Assembly (NCBI GenBank): GCA_964530755.1
Contig: CAZHBR010000003.1
Span: 1,664-25,908 of the forward strand
Direction of reading: 5' to 3'
Length of the DNA: 24,245 nt
Source: an uncultured Oscillospiraceae bacterium
GTDB taxonomy: Bacteria; Bacillota; Clostridia; Peptostreptococcales; Anaerovoracaceae
The notes beneath the pieces are model-generated. The model worked only from the letters and a program-made list of their open reading frames with translations, searched no databases and had not been told where the DNA came from. How positions within the stretch are numbered: the first letter of the stretch is position 1; the number at the start of each line of letters is the position of its first letter. The position numbers and the translations under genes were made by a program. Of this stretch, positions 8,807-19,020 are shown in pieces.

Positions 8807-10247
8807 AAACATGGTGAGGAAGATAGCCAAGATCATAGCTTGGACCTTGGCAGTTGCTTTAGTGGTCACATCGTTTACCTTCATGTTCTCCTTTGGGGGA
8901 GAAGCTGTATACGGTGCTGTTTCAGACGGCACCATTAATAGTGGTTTGATGGAGGAAATCGCCAGCGAGATAGAGGAGCACTATAAGGATGAAGCAGATA
9001 TAAAAAGGATTCTTGATGGAGCATATAAAGGGATGATTGAAGCTTTGGATGACCCCTACAGCGTTTATTATTCATCGTCTGAAGAAAGGGGCAGCTTCGA
9101 GGAATCCGTAAGCGGAGAATATTCGGGGGTGGGGCTTCACCTGGAGAGCTTTTTTGGCGCATGCCGGGTTGCAGCCCCTTTGCCGGGCTCACCCGCGAAA
9201 AAGGCGGGTATATCCGCAAAGGATATAATCGTGGATGTTGACGGAATCAACGTATCAAATGTGTCGCTTGATGCTGTTTCTTCTATGCTAAGAGGCAAAG
9301 AAGGAACAAAGGTAACTGTAACGGTATTAAGAGACAACGTAAGCATATCCTTTGATCTTGTAAGGGAAAAAATTAATACTGTATCGGTTCATTTTGAAAT
9401 GCTTCCGCACGATATAGGTTATATAAGAATTGACAGCTTCGATGGGGATTCCCATATAGAATTTAAAAATGCAAAACTGCAGCTCATAGCAAAAGGGGCA
9501 AAAGGCTTTATAGTGGATGTGAGGGATAATCCCGGCGGTTACGTGGATGTGGCCTGCGCAATTGCAGAGCAGATGATGCCGAAAGGACCCATAGTACATT
9601 TTGAAAGAAGAGGTGCTGTAACCGGAACTGTAGAGGCCGATGGCAAAGGAGATCTGAATATTCCCCTGGTGTTGCTTGTTAATGGCGGCTCTGCCAGCGC
9701 ATCGGAGATATTGGCTGCGGCCTGGCAGGACAGCGGTACGGCCGCGCTTGTTGGAACTGTTACCTACGGCAAGGGCGTGGCCCAGCAGATTATCCCTTTA
9801 AAAAATGGCGGTTCAATAAAGCTTTCCACCCTCTATTTTTTAACGCCCGATAAAAGATCCATTAACGGTAAAGGGTTAAACCCGGATTATCACATTGATT
9901 TCAAAATCGAAGACAGTGCAAAAGAACTGCTTGCACGCTATAAATCCTTTGCGCCCATGTCGGAGAAGGTAAAACCGTCTTTGGGCTCTGTGGGTCTGAA
10001 CGTTTACGGGGCAAAGCAGCGCCTTTCGATGCTTGGCTATCCTGTGGCTGTAAACGGCAACATGGATGAGAGCACTGCAGCGGCTGTAAAGGCATTTCAA
10101 AAAACATGCGGGCTTTATCCTTACGGTGTGCTAGATTATTCAACCATGTATGCGTTAGATGAGGCGGTCTTGTCTTTTATAAGCGCCGACAGCCGGGATG
10201 TTCAGCTTGATAAAGCGGTAGAAGTATTGATGTTTCAAACTGAATAA
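8799..10247 (+). CDS. ctpA: S41A carboxyl-terminal processing protease with N-terminal membrane anchor, PDZ domain and C-terminal peptidoglycan-binding domain (482 aa)
   Basis: [11 protein letters not shown] '[14 protein letters not shown]', DVRDNPGG, catalytic SASASE and TYGKG; PG_binding_1-like '[21 protein letters not shown]'. Confidence 0.88.
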   Translation: MSRNMVRKIAKIIAWTLAVALVVTSFTFMFSFGGEAVYGAVSDGTINSGLMEEIASEIEEHYKDEADIKRILDGAYKGMIEALDDPYSVYYSSSEERGSFEESVSGEYSGVGLHLESFFGACRVAAPLPGSPAKKAGISAKDIIVDVDGINVSNVSLDAVSSMLRGKEGTKVTVTVLRDNVSISFDLVREKINTVSVHFEMLPHDIGYIRIDSFDGDSHIEFKNAKLQLIAKGAKGFIVDVRDNPGGYVDVACAIAEQMMPKGPIVHFERRGAVTGTVEADGKGDLNIPLVLLVNGGSASASEILAAAWQDSGTAALVGTVTYGKGVAQQIIPLKNGGSIKLSTLYFLTPDKRSINGKGLNPDYHIDFKIEDSAKELLARYKSFAPMSEKVKPSLGSVGLNVYGAKQRLSMLGYPVAVNGNMDESTAAAVKAFQKTCGLYPYGVLDYSTMYALDEAVLSFISADSRDVQLDKAVEVLMFQTE

Positions 10248-11743
10248 AGGTTGTTTGTCTGATATTCCGGATCGCTTGTGGCATCTATGCCAAGATCTTT
10301 CAGTGTCTGGGCGTCCCTGTCGCTTAGAATGGCCGTGCAGTGGGCCTTGCATCCCACAAGAAGCAGAAGCTTTTCAACAGCGACTTGGGCGGAGGGGTTG
10401 GTCGTAGCCGATATTGTCAGTGCAGTCAATATTTCCTCGCAGTTAAGCGAGGATTTTTCATGATTAAGTATGTCCGTTTTTAGATGCTGTATCGTCTGGA
10501 GCACAGCAGGAGAGATGAGGTGGATTTCATCGGCTATTCCAGATAGAATTTTTATTGCGTTCAAAACTGCCGCGGCGGCTGCCACCATCCTCCTTGAACT
10601 TCTTCCGGTTATGATTGACCCGTCAGGAAGCTCTAAAGCCATGACGACTACATTTTCGTATTTCGGATTCGACGAACGTTTTATCTCCAGATAATCCCTT
10701 GCGGGCATAACCACCAAGCGGTCTTCTATCCGCAGATCCAGCTCATCCATCAGGATTTTGCTTTTAGCTACAGCATCCTCGTCGATTATGCCTTTTTTAT
10801 AATCGCAAAGGGCGATCAGATATCTGCGAATGATTTCTTGGCAGGCCGCCTCTTTGCATATCTCATCGTTGATTATGCTGAATCCTGCCCTGTTTACCCC
10901 CATGTCCGTAGGCGAAAGATATTCTGAGGGCTTCCTGGTTATTTTCTCTATTATCCTTTTGACAACCGGAAATACTTCCATATCCCTGTTGTAGTTTATC
11001 GCTGTTTGCCCATGGGCCTCCAAATAAAAGAAATCGATCATATTTACATCTTTAAGATCTACTGTGGCAGCTTCATATGCCATGTTCACCGGGTGCTTAA
11101 GGGGCAGGTTCCAGATGGGAAAGGTCTCATATTTTGCATAGCGCACCTTGCGACCCAACAAGTTTTCATGGTATAGCTGTGAAAGACAGGTGGCTAATTT
11201 ACCGCTGCCCGGCCCAGGGCCGTTTACGACTACAAGGGGCTTTGTTACCTCTACAAAGGGATTTCTTCCATAGCCCTCTTCACTTACTATAGTATCAACG
11301 TCCGTGGGATAACCTTTAGTGACGTAGTGCTTATATGTTTTAATTCCTCTCCGGTTGAGTTTATTGATGAAAATATTTACCGCGGGATGATCCTGGTATC
11401 TTGTTATTACGACGCTGTTTATCGGCAGTTCATATTTTCTGAATGTGTCTATCAGTCTGAGCACTTCCAGATCATATGTGATTCCGAAGTCGGCGCGGGT
11501 CTTCGTAGTTGTTATGTCTCCGGCATATATGCAGATGATAACCTCCGCTTCGTCTTTAAGTTTATTAAGTACTTTTATTTTTGCGTTTTCATCGAAGCCG
11601 GGGAGAATTCTCATTGCGTGCTTATCGTGGACGAGCTTTCCTCCGAACTCCAGGTAAAGACGTTCGCTTTCGTCGCAATTAATTCGCTCTAAAATGTATT
11701 TTGACTGCTCTTCTATATATTTTTCAGTATCAAACCCAATCAT
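10235..11743 (-). CDS. DUF1846 (UPF0371) family P-loop protein (about 502 aa)
   Basis: '[28 protein letters not shown]', P-loop [38 protein letters not shown]. Start placed at ATG 11743 (AAGGA upstream) rather than 11809. Confidence 0.88.
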   Translation of the reverse strand: MIGFDTEKYIEEQSKYILERINCDESERLYLEFGGKLVHDKHAMRILPGFDENAKIKVLNKLKDEAEVIICIYAGDITTTKTRADFGITYDLEVLRLIDTFRKYELPINSVVITRYQDHPAVNIFINKLNRRGIKTYKHYVTKGYPTDVDTIVSEEGYGRNPFVEVTKPLVVVNGPGPGSGKLATCLSQLYHENLLGRKVRYAKYETFPIWNLPLKHPVNMAYEAATVDLKDVNMIDFFYLEAHGQTAINYNRDMEVFPVVKRIIEKITRKPSEYLSPTDMGVNRAGFSIINDEICKEAACQEIIRRYLIALCDYKKGIIDEDAVAKSKILMDELDLRIEDRLVVMPARDYLEIKRSSNPKYENVVVMALELPDGSIITGRSSRRMVAAAAAVLNAIKILSGIADEIHLISPAVLQTIQHLKTDILNHEKSSLNCEEILTALTISATTNPSAQVAVEKLLLLVGCKAHCTAILSDRDAQTLKDLGIDATSDPEYQTNNLYSV

Positions 11744-11814
11744 CACAAAATCGTATCCTTTCCAAAGATTCCGCATTATATCCGAACTATTGAATGGTCT
11801 GTTCAACATTCCCT

Positions 11815-11843
11815 ATTTTAGCAGGTTTTTAAACCGCGAACAA
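11815..11843 (-). promoter_or_regulatory. SigmaA-type promoter of the DUF1846 gene
   Basis: Minus strand TTGTTC-N17-TAAAAT with extended -10 TG. Confidence 0.5.
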
Positions 11844-11888
11844 GGCAAAGACTAAGAATTAACAGATTACATATTTTGTAAATAACTG

Positions 11889-11916
11889 TTGACAAAGCCC
11901 TGCCCGCTGTTAGAAT
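11889..11916 (+). promoter_or_regulatory. SigmaA-type promoter of the SLH/giant-protein operon
   Basis: TTGACA-N16-TAGAAT with extended -10 TG. Confidence 0.65.
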
Positions 11917-11957
11917 GTAATTATATGGATTTATTGTATGTAAATAGGGAGGCAGGT

Positions 11958-12941
11958 ATGTTAAATGTTAAAAAGATATCGGTGATCCTTTGCCTTATTG
12001 TTCTTTCATCGAGTGTTTCAGCGTCCGCACTGGCAAGGAATTTTTTAGATGTGGGAGTTAGCCATTGGGCACATCAGGAGATCGAAAAAATGTCCGGTCA
12101 GGGCATAATTTCAGGTTATCCGGATGGAAGCTTCAGGCCTGATCTGCAGGTGACCTGCGGGGAGTTCATAAAAATGGCGGTAGGTCTTTTGCCTAAAACC
12201 GTGGATCCTGAGCCCGGATCTCACTGGGCGATGCCATATTATAACGCCGGAATAGAAATGTCCTTATATAGCAGCTACGATATAAGTCCTAAAGCCCTTG
12301 ACAGACCTATTAAAAGATCTCTTATGGCGTTGATAGGCGGAAGCATGTTGGAGGCGGGGAGTTTTCGCCTGTCTTCGACCGAATACAGCAAATGCCTTGA
12401 CAGCATTAGGGATGTTAACAGCAAAACTCCTTATGAATCCTTCATCGTCAAATCATATGCAAAAGGCATACTGGCAGGATACCCTGACGGGACATTCCGC
12501 CCAAATGCGATGCTTAACAGGGCGGAGGCTGCACTCGTTATACATCGGCTCAAAGAAAACCTTTCTTTTTCGAATGATGCGGTAAATGAGAGGGATTCCT
12601 GCATCGCAATCGAGAAGGAAAGCGATATATTTCCTTCAGGGACCATCACATTAACGGTTATAGATTACGAAAAGGATAAGGATACAAAGCATAAAGAGAT
12701 TAGGCAGTTGCTTCTTCAGCACAGTCCTCTTATCGGAGAGGAAATATACTCTGCTTTGCTGGACTTTGGAACAAAGCCCCTTGGATTGGGCAGGCAGGGT
12801 ATGCGGAAGCAATGCTTCGGCGATGTTCCCGTATTGATGGAAAGGCTCGATACCACTCTTCGCATATTCATTTTACCTAAGGGATATGAAAACCCCTTTT
12901 GGGAGACAGGTCCCGATGAAATTAATGAAGAATTTTTCTAA
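11958..12941 (+). CDS. Secreted S-layer homology (SLH) domain protein with an unknown C-terminal domain (about 327 aa)
   Basis: Signal peptide ending ASA-LA; SLH repeats 'FLDVGVSHWAHQEIEKM..GIISGYPDGSFRPD' and 'GILAGYPDGTFRPNAMLNRAEAAL'. Start set at ATG 11958 after RBS GGGAGG. Confidence 0.88.
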   Translation: MLNVKKISVILCLIVLSSSVSASALARNFLDVGVSHWAHQEIEKMSGQGIISGYPDGSFRPDLQVTCGEFIKMAVGLLPKTVDPEPGSHWAMPYYNAGIEMSLYSSYDISPKALDRPIKRSLMALIGGSMLEAGSFRLSSTEYSKCLDSIRDVNSKTPYESFIVKSYAKGILAGYPDGTFRPNAMLNRAEAALVIHRLKENLSFSNDAVNERDSCIAIEKESDIFPSGTITLTVIDYEKDKDTKHKEIRQLLLQHSPLIGEEIYSALLDFGTKPLGLGRQGMRKQCFGDVPVLMERLDTTLRIFILPKGYENPFWETGPDEINEEFF

Positions 12942-12956
12942 ATGAAAGGAAAGGCA

Positions 12957-15900
12957 ATGAATAGGAATGTTAATATCTGTGTTTCGGTATTTATATTTGC
13001 GGTGCTTTTGTCAGTCTGTACTTGTGTTGCCTTTGGCGATCAGGCGGTTTACAAGACCTTCGATCAGATGAGCCGGGATGAGAAGCAAAGGGCCCTTTGC
13101 CATTTGATAGAGGAAGGCACCGTTTTATCCTTTATTCGTGCAGGCGGCGGCACCTATCAATTAAACGAAGGCCTATGGTATGAAAAGGGCATAATCGTCT
13201 ACGGCGATACGGCCGCCATCAACGCTTTTGTCCAGACGACAGCTTCTTCGAACTTCAAGGATGGTAGGTACCGGTATTGGGGCTATGATATAAATGGAGG
13301 TTTGTATGGAAACGATGATTTTCCAAGAGACAGCGATTCAGGCATCCCCTCTTGGCAAAAGAACTGGCTTGCCATAGAGGAAATACGCCTAAACAGCACG
13401 GCGAGAGGATATGTAGGGCAATTTGCGATGAATTCCGGATTTTCCGAAAGCCTTAAATGGGATACGGCAAAGGCTTTTCTTGACAGCAATCCTCAATTCA
13501 GGCAGGGGGGCATGGATGAACAGTTTATTCTTGATCATTTCTATTTTAATGCTGTCATAAGCGAGGAGGGCTTAACAAACGGCCAGTTCATCGGCGTGCA
13601 TATTTCACGCTTTGATAATCGCCTGTATTATCAGACCTTTTCCGTGTCGGTAGCGACGAGGCTATTTGTGGTCCCGCCGCCCGAGGAACCTTCAAATGAC
13701 GGGGAGCAGCCGGTTATTCCCGAAGAGGATTTGCCTTGTGAAACAATGTGTTCTTTATCACTTCCTGCCTTCACGTATGAAGGGCATCCTGTCCTTGCTT
13801 TAGATGCTTCGCTTTTTACGTTCGACGGCGAGATTTGGTCGGCTTCGCGCACCTATGAAAATAATTTGGCCAGCAATCGCTTTTCTGCTGTATCCGGGGG
13901 CCGTGTATCTCGCATCTCTCCAATCAGAGCCGAAGCAGTTTTTAATGACTGCGGGAGCTATCAGGTGAGGCTTACCGTTTGTCCCAACGGCGGCGGAGAG
14001 CTTCATGACATCAAAGAGATATCAGTTTTGCCGACCCCTGCTATAACGCACAGTCTGACAGGTACAAGAAAACAAAACAGAAAGCAGGTTCTGAATGTGG
14101 ATGTGGCTGCCCACCCGAATTATCCCATAGAAGAGGTACAAATAAAGCTCATGTGTCCTTCCACGGGAGAAACAGTTACCCTTTACAGGGAGCATAGTGA
14201 AAATGGGGATACGATTAAGACAAGACCTGTAGAATTTCTTTCGTCTGATGAATATTCCGAATCCTTGAGATTGGAGTTTCTTACTAAGAATTCGGAACCC
14301 AGGGATTACTGCTATTATGTATATGTTAAGGACAGCCGGGGCCACGAGGACAGCATCAGCGTGGATTTTTCGGTCGTTCCGGATCTGCCCCCCTTTCCAG
14401 CTATAAACATGGAATCCTTTTTTATCAGAGAAGAGGGCTCTGATAAGGCTAATATAATTGTCGAGGATGGAACTGTTACTGACGGCGATCAGATTAACAG
14501 AGGATGGTATTATCTGGCAGATGCAGAGGAAAGCGAAACGCCTTGCAGTTTTTCCGATTGGGAGGATTTATCCCAAATGGAAGGATACAAGGACCTTTCT
14601 TTCGGCACAGGGAAAAAAGTCCAATTCAACAGGGAAGGTGTGGGTCCTTTTCTGATAGGCCTTCGGGCAGAGGATGTTTGGACAGAGGGGACGCTGAAAG
14701 AATACATTACGGAGGGTGATTATCTTGCAGCAGAGGCCGTAGGCGGAGGCGATGTTATAAATATAGCTCCAAGGGTAAGCCTGTCTCCCGTAAGGAGGCA
14801 GCCGATGGATATCACCGTTTTAACCGGCGGCAGCACAGAATACGATCATGCGATTGAAAATCGGGGATTGCTGGAACAAAATCTTCTCGCCTTTGGAATT
14901 GACCCCAAAATCCGTATAGAAAAAATGAGCCCCGCTTCGTTGGAGCCGCAAGGCACCGCGGCAGAATTTTTAATGGAGGCGGATACCCCCTTCGGTTATG
15001 AGGGAGGCTGGACATTTTACGAGAATCGCAACTTCATAGTCGATGACGAAAAGCTCTATAAGATAGATGCTGCATGGGAGGGTGCAGGATCCGGCATTTA
15101 TCCGGGTTCCCCTTACACCATATCCTGTTTTGAGGCAAGAACAGGAGGGCAGGTATTCAGCACTGCTTTTGACGACGATTTTTTTGCTGTGCCAGATAAC
15201 GGTCCTTACCTTGCCCAGGATGAGCAGGGACGGTATTTGTTTTTCATTTCCGCAGGGCGAACCTTGATCATCTCAAAGGACAATGGTTCTATTCTCACAG
15301 CCTTGGATTTTGAAACCGGAAATAATATCACAGTTGGAAAGGAAAGCATCTACTGTATAAAAAATGACGGGATCTACAGGGTTAATATGCAAACGGGGGG
15401 GATTGATAAGATTTACAATGGCAAAAGCAGCGGAGTGATCAGAACGATAGAGGGCAGGGTACACTTTCTGGGAATCGGCGGTACAACCTTGTACAGGGGG
15501 ATATTCGATCCGGATAAAGAGCTGGTCACGCTGGAACGCCTTTTAGATGAAAAAGCAAACAGCGGTCAATCCTCATTCAAGGCGCTGGGCATCGATACTA
15601 CGGGTAAACTGATAGTTAACGTATTTACTCCGCAAGGAACATCATATATAAGTGAAACAAGGATTTACGGGCGGGATAATAAAATGATCCGTTCGGTATC
15701 TATGCAGGACTCCTCCTCCTATACCTATACTGTCACCCCCGTTTACAGCGCAAGCGGTATTTGCAGCTATGTAGCCTATACTTACGATTCAAGAAGCGGT
15801 TCCTATTATTATGGAAACGCCAGGCTTTTTGCTGTTGACAGCGACTGCTTTGCGACATTATCCGTAAGCGATAAGGAGGGATATCCTACGAACACCGATC

Positions 15901-18900
15901 AGGTGATATTTGCCAGGGAATTAGACGGGAAAGTCTATCTGGCTACAGGCGCCGAGTGGTGCTACATACTTTACACAGGCAGCTACAATAACGGTCCCGC
16001 CCACGGATTGCCTGAGAGGACAAAAGTTTTCGTATTTGATCCCTCTAATGACAGCGGTAGCATGGGAACCGTCGATCAGCTTGGAATGAACATCGTTACA
16101 AGGGAATACGGGTTGAGCTCAGATTCTTTATCGGCTATCCAGACCGGAAATAATCATATCGGATTGACCTATGGAAATGAAACAATAGTGACAACCTGGG
16201 CCCAGGATATTTACGATGTTTTGGAAAGATGTGTGAACAGATACCTTCACGATGAAAAGGGCCGGGGCGCCTTAATTATTTACGATGAGACAAACCCCCG
16301 GCACATTTACTCCGAAGATCTTTTGGGCTTCATCGGTGAAAGGGCTGAGAGTAAAAATTGCAGGCTCATCATGGCCGATCGTTTTTTAATAGAGGACAGT
16401 TTAGCTCTTGCAAATGAAATAACGGCTGCAGCTGAGGAAGGAGCGAATGTTTTGGGGATTTATGCAGAAACAGATGGGGGTTCAATAAGCAGGGCATTAG
16501 ATCTTCTTGCCGATACCACATATTATTACGAGTATGAGGTTAAACGGGCGGACGGAGAAATTTCAGATTCATTCAGCTTTATTCCGAGCATAAACGGATC
16601 ATCCGTAAAACCTTCAGGTTTTCAGGTCATATCTTCACATTTTGAAAGCTTTGACGGGGGGGATATAAATACGTTTTTCACGCTTGATTCTCCAAGGATA
16701 CATGAGGGCGTGTATAAAGGCGGGAATGTCTGCAATCGCCAGGGGAGCAATTGGAGCAACCGTTATTTCTCGGACAGCAGCGTCATCACATTCGATATTC
16801 CAAGGGGGCACAAGGCTGTTTTGTCATTTGACTGGGAGACATATATGGACAGCCAGGCGCTTTGGACGGCAAGCTTCGCGGAGATCAACGGGGAAATGTG
16901 GCATGAATTTACCCCTGATTATAAAGGGGAAGGTTCATATTGCCATCCATTTCTGCTTTCGGAAGGTAAAAATGCGCTTAAATTCTATGCCAGGGCCTAC
17001 GGAGGAAAAGAGACTGTTGCAAAGATGTGGATAGATAACCTGAGGCTCGATATCCTGGCGCCAGGCGCAGCGGAGGATCTGCCTTTGCCGGAGACTTTAA
17101 GCATTGAACCTCTGTCCTTGGGCTTTAATCTAATAAAGGGCAGCTTTCGCACACCTATGCCTTCGGGGGCATATAGGGAAATAAATGAAGCGGAAATAAT
17201 TGAAGGATCCCTTGGCGCGGCTCCTTATACATCTGCATCCCGCTGGGACCCCGGAGATAAGGAAGCTAAATACGCAATCCCCTTAGATAAAACAGCGGTA
17301 ATGACGCTCCTTTCGACATCCTCAAGGCCTGTTGTCTATAACGACAGGGGCTATAATGTTACATACAGCTGGGGCGGTTATTCGTGGTATTGTTGTCCGA
17401 GAAACGATTACCCTGAAAGCGCAAGAAACAACATCCCCTCCGATTATCGGATACCTTTGCCGGCCATGGCGGGGACCCAGACTTTTAAGATGAAATCGTC
17501 GGATTACAGGGGTGCGACGGGAAGCATAACCGGCATAGAATCGATTTTAGTTGGTACCTCCATGGATTCTATAAAGGACATGAGATTCTTTATTTCCGAT
17601 CAGGGAATGGGGAAAAGGGCCTATCTTGAAACGGATATCTTCGGCAATCGAGGCGACGTTGGATTAGCGCTCCCCAGGGGGGAGAGCTTTTTGAAGAACC
17701 TAAATATTTATACATATCAAAACGGATCAAAAGTATATGCCGTAAAGGAAGCATTTTCCGACCCCGCCGCTATACTTAAATGGCAGGCGGTGGAGGCCGA
17801 TGCAGCGATCATAAAGGGTACGGGGATTGAGGATTGTAATGGGGAGAGCCTAATCTACAAAAAAGGTGAAACGGTGGATTTCAACATATCATACTATGAT
17901 TATGAAGGAGATCCTTCAAAAAAACAGTACTGGAAATATACGCACACTCCGGGAAACGACGGACCTCATCCGGAGGCTTCGGTCGTATTGGACGAGCAGG
18001 ATAATCCGGTGTCAATTACGGATAATGTGCTGTCGGAGCCGATTAAAACATTCTATATAGACGGTAAATACACTGTGGAGCATTGGCAGGAGGACAACAC
18101 GAAAAGACCCCCTACGCCTTACGGAAATCCCGATTACGATAAGTGTTCAAACGTAGAAATTATTACTTTTTATATAGAAGGAGGGGGCACGGGTCCCTGG
18201 ATTGAATCCATCAGGACCGTTCCTTCTGCTGTGATCGAGGGAAGCGATTACGAAATAGAAGTCAGAGTCAATGATGCCGAAAAGGATGTGCTGGACCTTA
18301 AGGTCGAAGTTTATAAAGAACGCAGGCTTTTGTTCAGTTACAATAAACAGGGCATTGCTGCAGACAGCGGCGGCTTCTATGCGCCTGTTCTGATACCCTC
18401 TTCTTTTCCTGCCCTGCCTGGAAGCTATGAAATCATATGCACTGTTAAAGATGAAGACGGTACGGGAATGGGCTCAATGAGATTTGCTGTGCTGTCTGCC
18501 GGGAAAATTACCGGCTCAGTTTCCCACACTGATTTATGGGATGATAATCGGAAGAAATATAACCTCTTCTATTTCCTGGAGGAATATAATCAGGAATCTG
18601 ATGCTTCATACATAAAGACGCCTGTTCCAAGAAAAAGAGGGGTAAATGTATTTTGGCCAGGGGAGCGTTTCCTATTGTGCGCCTGCGCAGCAGGGGATCC
18701 GGAATCGGTCACTGTTACCATAGCAGACCGCGGAGATTACAAGGCAGTTCTTGAAAAGACAGGGGAAAAGAATCAAAAAGGGGAATCGCTTTACAAAGGT
18801 GTGCTATGGGATCCCTCCATGCGTTACCTGTGGGGTGTTAAAGACCCGAAGGCTATAACATTTAATTTTGTCGCGAACTACGGTGCTTTTGAAAAATCTG

Positions 18901-18962
18901 ACGATGTCTTTGTCATAATGGATGGAACTGATGAATACTGGCAGCTTCACCGCCTGTTTTAG
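12957..18962 (+). CDS. Giant secreted multi-domain surface protein, putative adhesin (about 2001 aa; ORF open from 12942)
   Basis: Uninterrupted 6-kb ORF; signal peptide 'MNRNVNICVSVFIFAVLLSVCTCVAFG'; Pro-rich linker PPPEEP; beta-rich PKD/Ig-like segments; no SLH, LPxTG or C-terminal TM. The N-terminal 'YRYWGYDINGGLYGNDDFP' resembles the Athe_2463-type domain (recalled, unverified). Confidence 0.8.
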   Translation: MNRNVNICVSVFIFAVLLSVCTCVAFGDQAVYKTFDQMSRDEKQRALCHLIEEGTVLSFIRAGGGTYQLNEGLWYEKGIIVYGDTAAINAFVQTTASSNFKDGRYRYWGYDINGGLYGNDDFPRDSDSGIPSWQKNWLAIEEIRLNSTARGYVGQFAMNSGFSESLKWDTAKAFLDSNPQFRQGGMDEQFILDHFYFNAVISEEGLTNGQFIGVHISRFDNRLYYQTFSVSVATRLFVVPPPEEPSNDGEQPVIPEEDLPCETMCSLSLPAFTYEGHPVLALDASLFTFDGEIWSASRTYENNLASNRFSAVSGGRVSRISPIRAEAVFNDCGSYQVRLTVCPNGGGELHDIKEISVLPTPAITHSLTGTRKQNRKQVLNVDVAAHPNYPIEEVQIKLMCPSTGETVTLYREHSENGDTIKTRPVEFLSSDEYSESLRLEFLTKNSEPRDYCYYVYVKDSRGHEDSISVDFSVVPDLPPFPAINMESFFIREEGSDKANIIVEDGTVTDGDQINRGWYYLADAEESETPCSFSDWEDLSQMEGYKDLSFGTGKKVQFNREGVGPFLIGLRAEDVWTEGTLKEYITEGDYLAAEAVGGGDVINIAPRVSLSPVRRQPMDITVLTGGSTEYDHAIENRGLLEQNLLAFGIDPKIRIEKMSPASLEPQGTAAEFLMEADTPFGYEGGWTFYENRNFIVDDEKLYKIDAAWEGAGSGIYPGSPYTISCFEARTGGQVFSTAFDDDFFAVPDNGPYLAQDEQGRYLFFISAGRTLIISKDNGSILTALDFETGNNITVGKESIYCIKNDGIYRVNMQTGGIDKIYNGKSSGVIRTIEGRVHFLGIGGTTLYRGIFDPDKELVTLERLLDEKANSGQSSFKALGIDTTGKLIVNVFTPQGTSYISETRIYGRDNKMIRSVSMQDSSSYTYTVTPVYSASGICSYVAYTYDSRSGSYYYGNARLFAVDSDCFATLSVSDKEGYPTNTDQVIFARELDGKVYLATGAEWCYILYTGSYNNGPAHGLPERTKVFVFDPSNDSGSMGTVDQLGMNIVTREYGLSSDSLSAIQTGNNHIGLTYGNETIVTTWAQDIYDVLERCVNRYLHDEKGRGALIIYDETNPRHIYSEDLLGFIGERAESKNCRLIMADRFLIEDSLALANEITAAAEEGANVLGIYAETDGGSISRALDLLADTTYYYEYEVKRADGEISDSFSFIPSINGSSVKPSGFQVISSHFESFDGGDINTFFTLDSPRIHEGVYKGGNVCNRQGSNWSNRYFSDSSVITFDIPRGHKAVLSFDWETYMDSQALWTASFAEINGEMWHEFTPDYKGEGSYCHPFLLSEGKNALKFYARAYGGKETVAKMWIDNLRLDILAPGAAEDLPLPETLSIEPLSLGFNLIKGSFRTPMPSGAYREINEAEIIEGSLGAAPYTSASRWDPGDKEAKYAIPLDKTAVMTLLSTSSRPVVYNDRGYNVTYSWGGYSWYCCPRNDYPESARNNIPSDYRIPLPAMAGTQTFKMKSSDYRGATGSITGIESILVGTSMDSIKDMRFFISDQGMGKRAYLETDIFGNRGDVGLALPRGESFLKNLNIYTYQNGSKVYAVKEAFSDPAAILKWQAVEADAAIIKGTGIEDCNGESLIYKKGETVDFNISYYDYEGDPSKKQYWKYTHTPGNDGPHPEASVVLDEQDNPVSITDNVLSEPIKTFYIDGKYTVEHWQEDNTKRPPTPYGNPDYDKCSNVEIITFYIEGGGTGPWIESIRTVPSAVIEGSDYEIEVRVNDAEKDVLDLKVEVYKERRLLFSYNKQGIAADSGGFYAPVLIPSSFPALPGSYEIICTVKDEDGTGMGSMRFAVLSAGKITGSVSHTDLWDDNRKKYNLFYFLEEYNQESDASYIKTPVPRKRGVNVFWPGERFLLCACAAGDPESVTVTIADRGDYKAVLEKTGEKNQKGESLYKGVLWDPSMRYLWGVKDPKAITFNFVANYGAFEKSDDVFVIMDGTDEYWQLHRLF

Positions 18963-18990
18963 GGCGCCGCGGAAATAAATTTTCAATTAC

Positions 18991-19020
18991 AGGGCATGAA
19001 TCGATTATGATTCGTGCTCT
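18991..19020 (+). terminator. Stem-loop after the giant gene, probable terminator
   Basis: AGGGCATGAATC-GATTAT-GATTCGTGCTCT forms a 12-bp stem with two G-U pairs, followed by GTTCTT. Confidence 0.55.

Noticed and set aside
11744-11957. Longer starts for DUF1846 (11809) and the SLH protein (11889)
   Set aside because: They overlap the predicted promoters; the family N-terminus and the RBS/signal peptide support 11743 and 11958
12957-18962. Diversity-generating retroelement target
   Set aside because: No reverse transcriptase and no template/variable repeat pair differing at adenines is visible in the window
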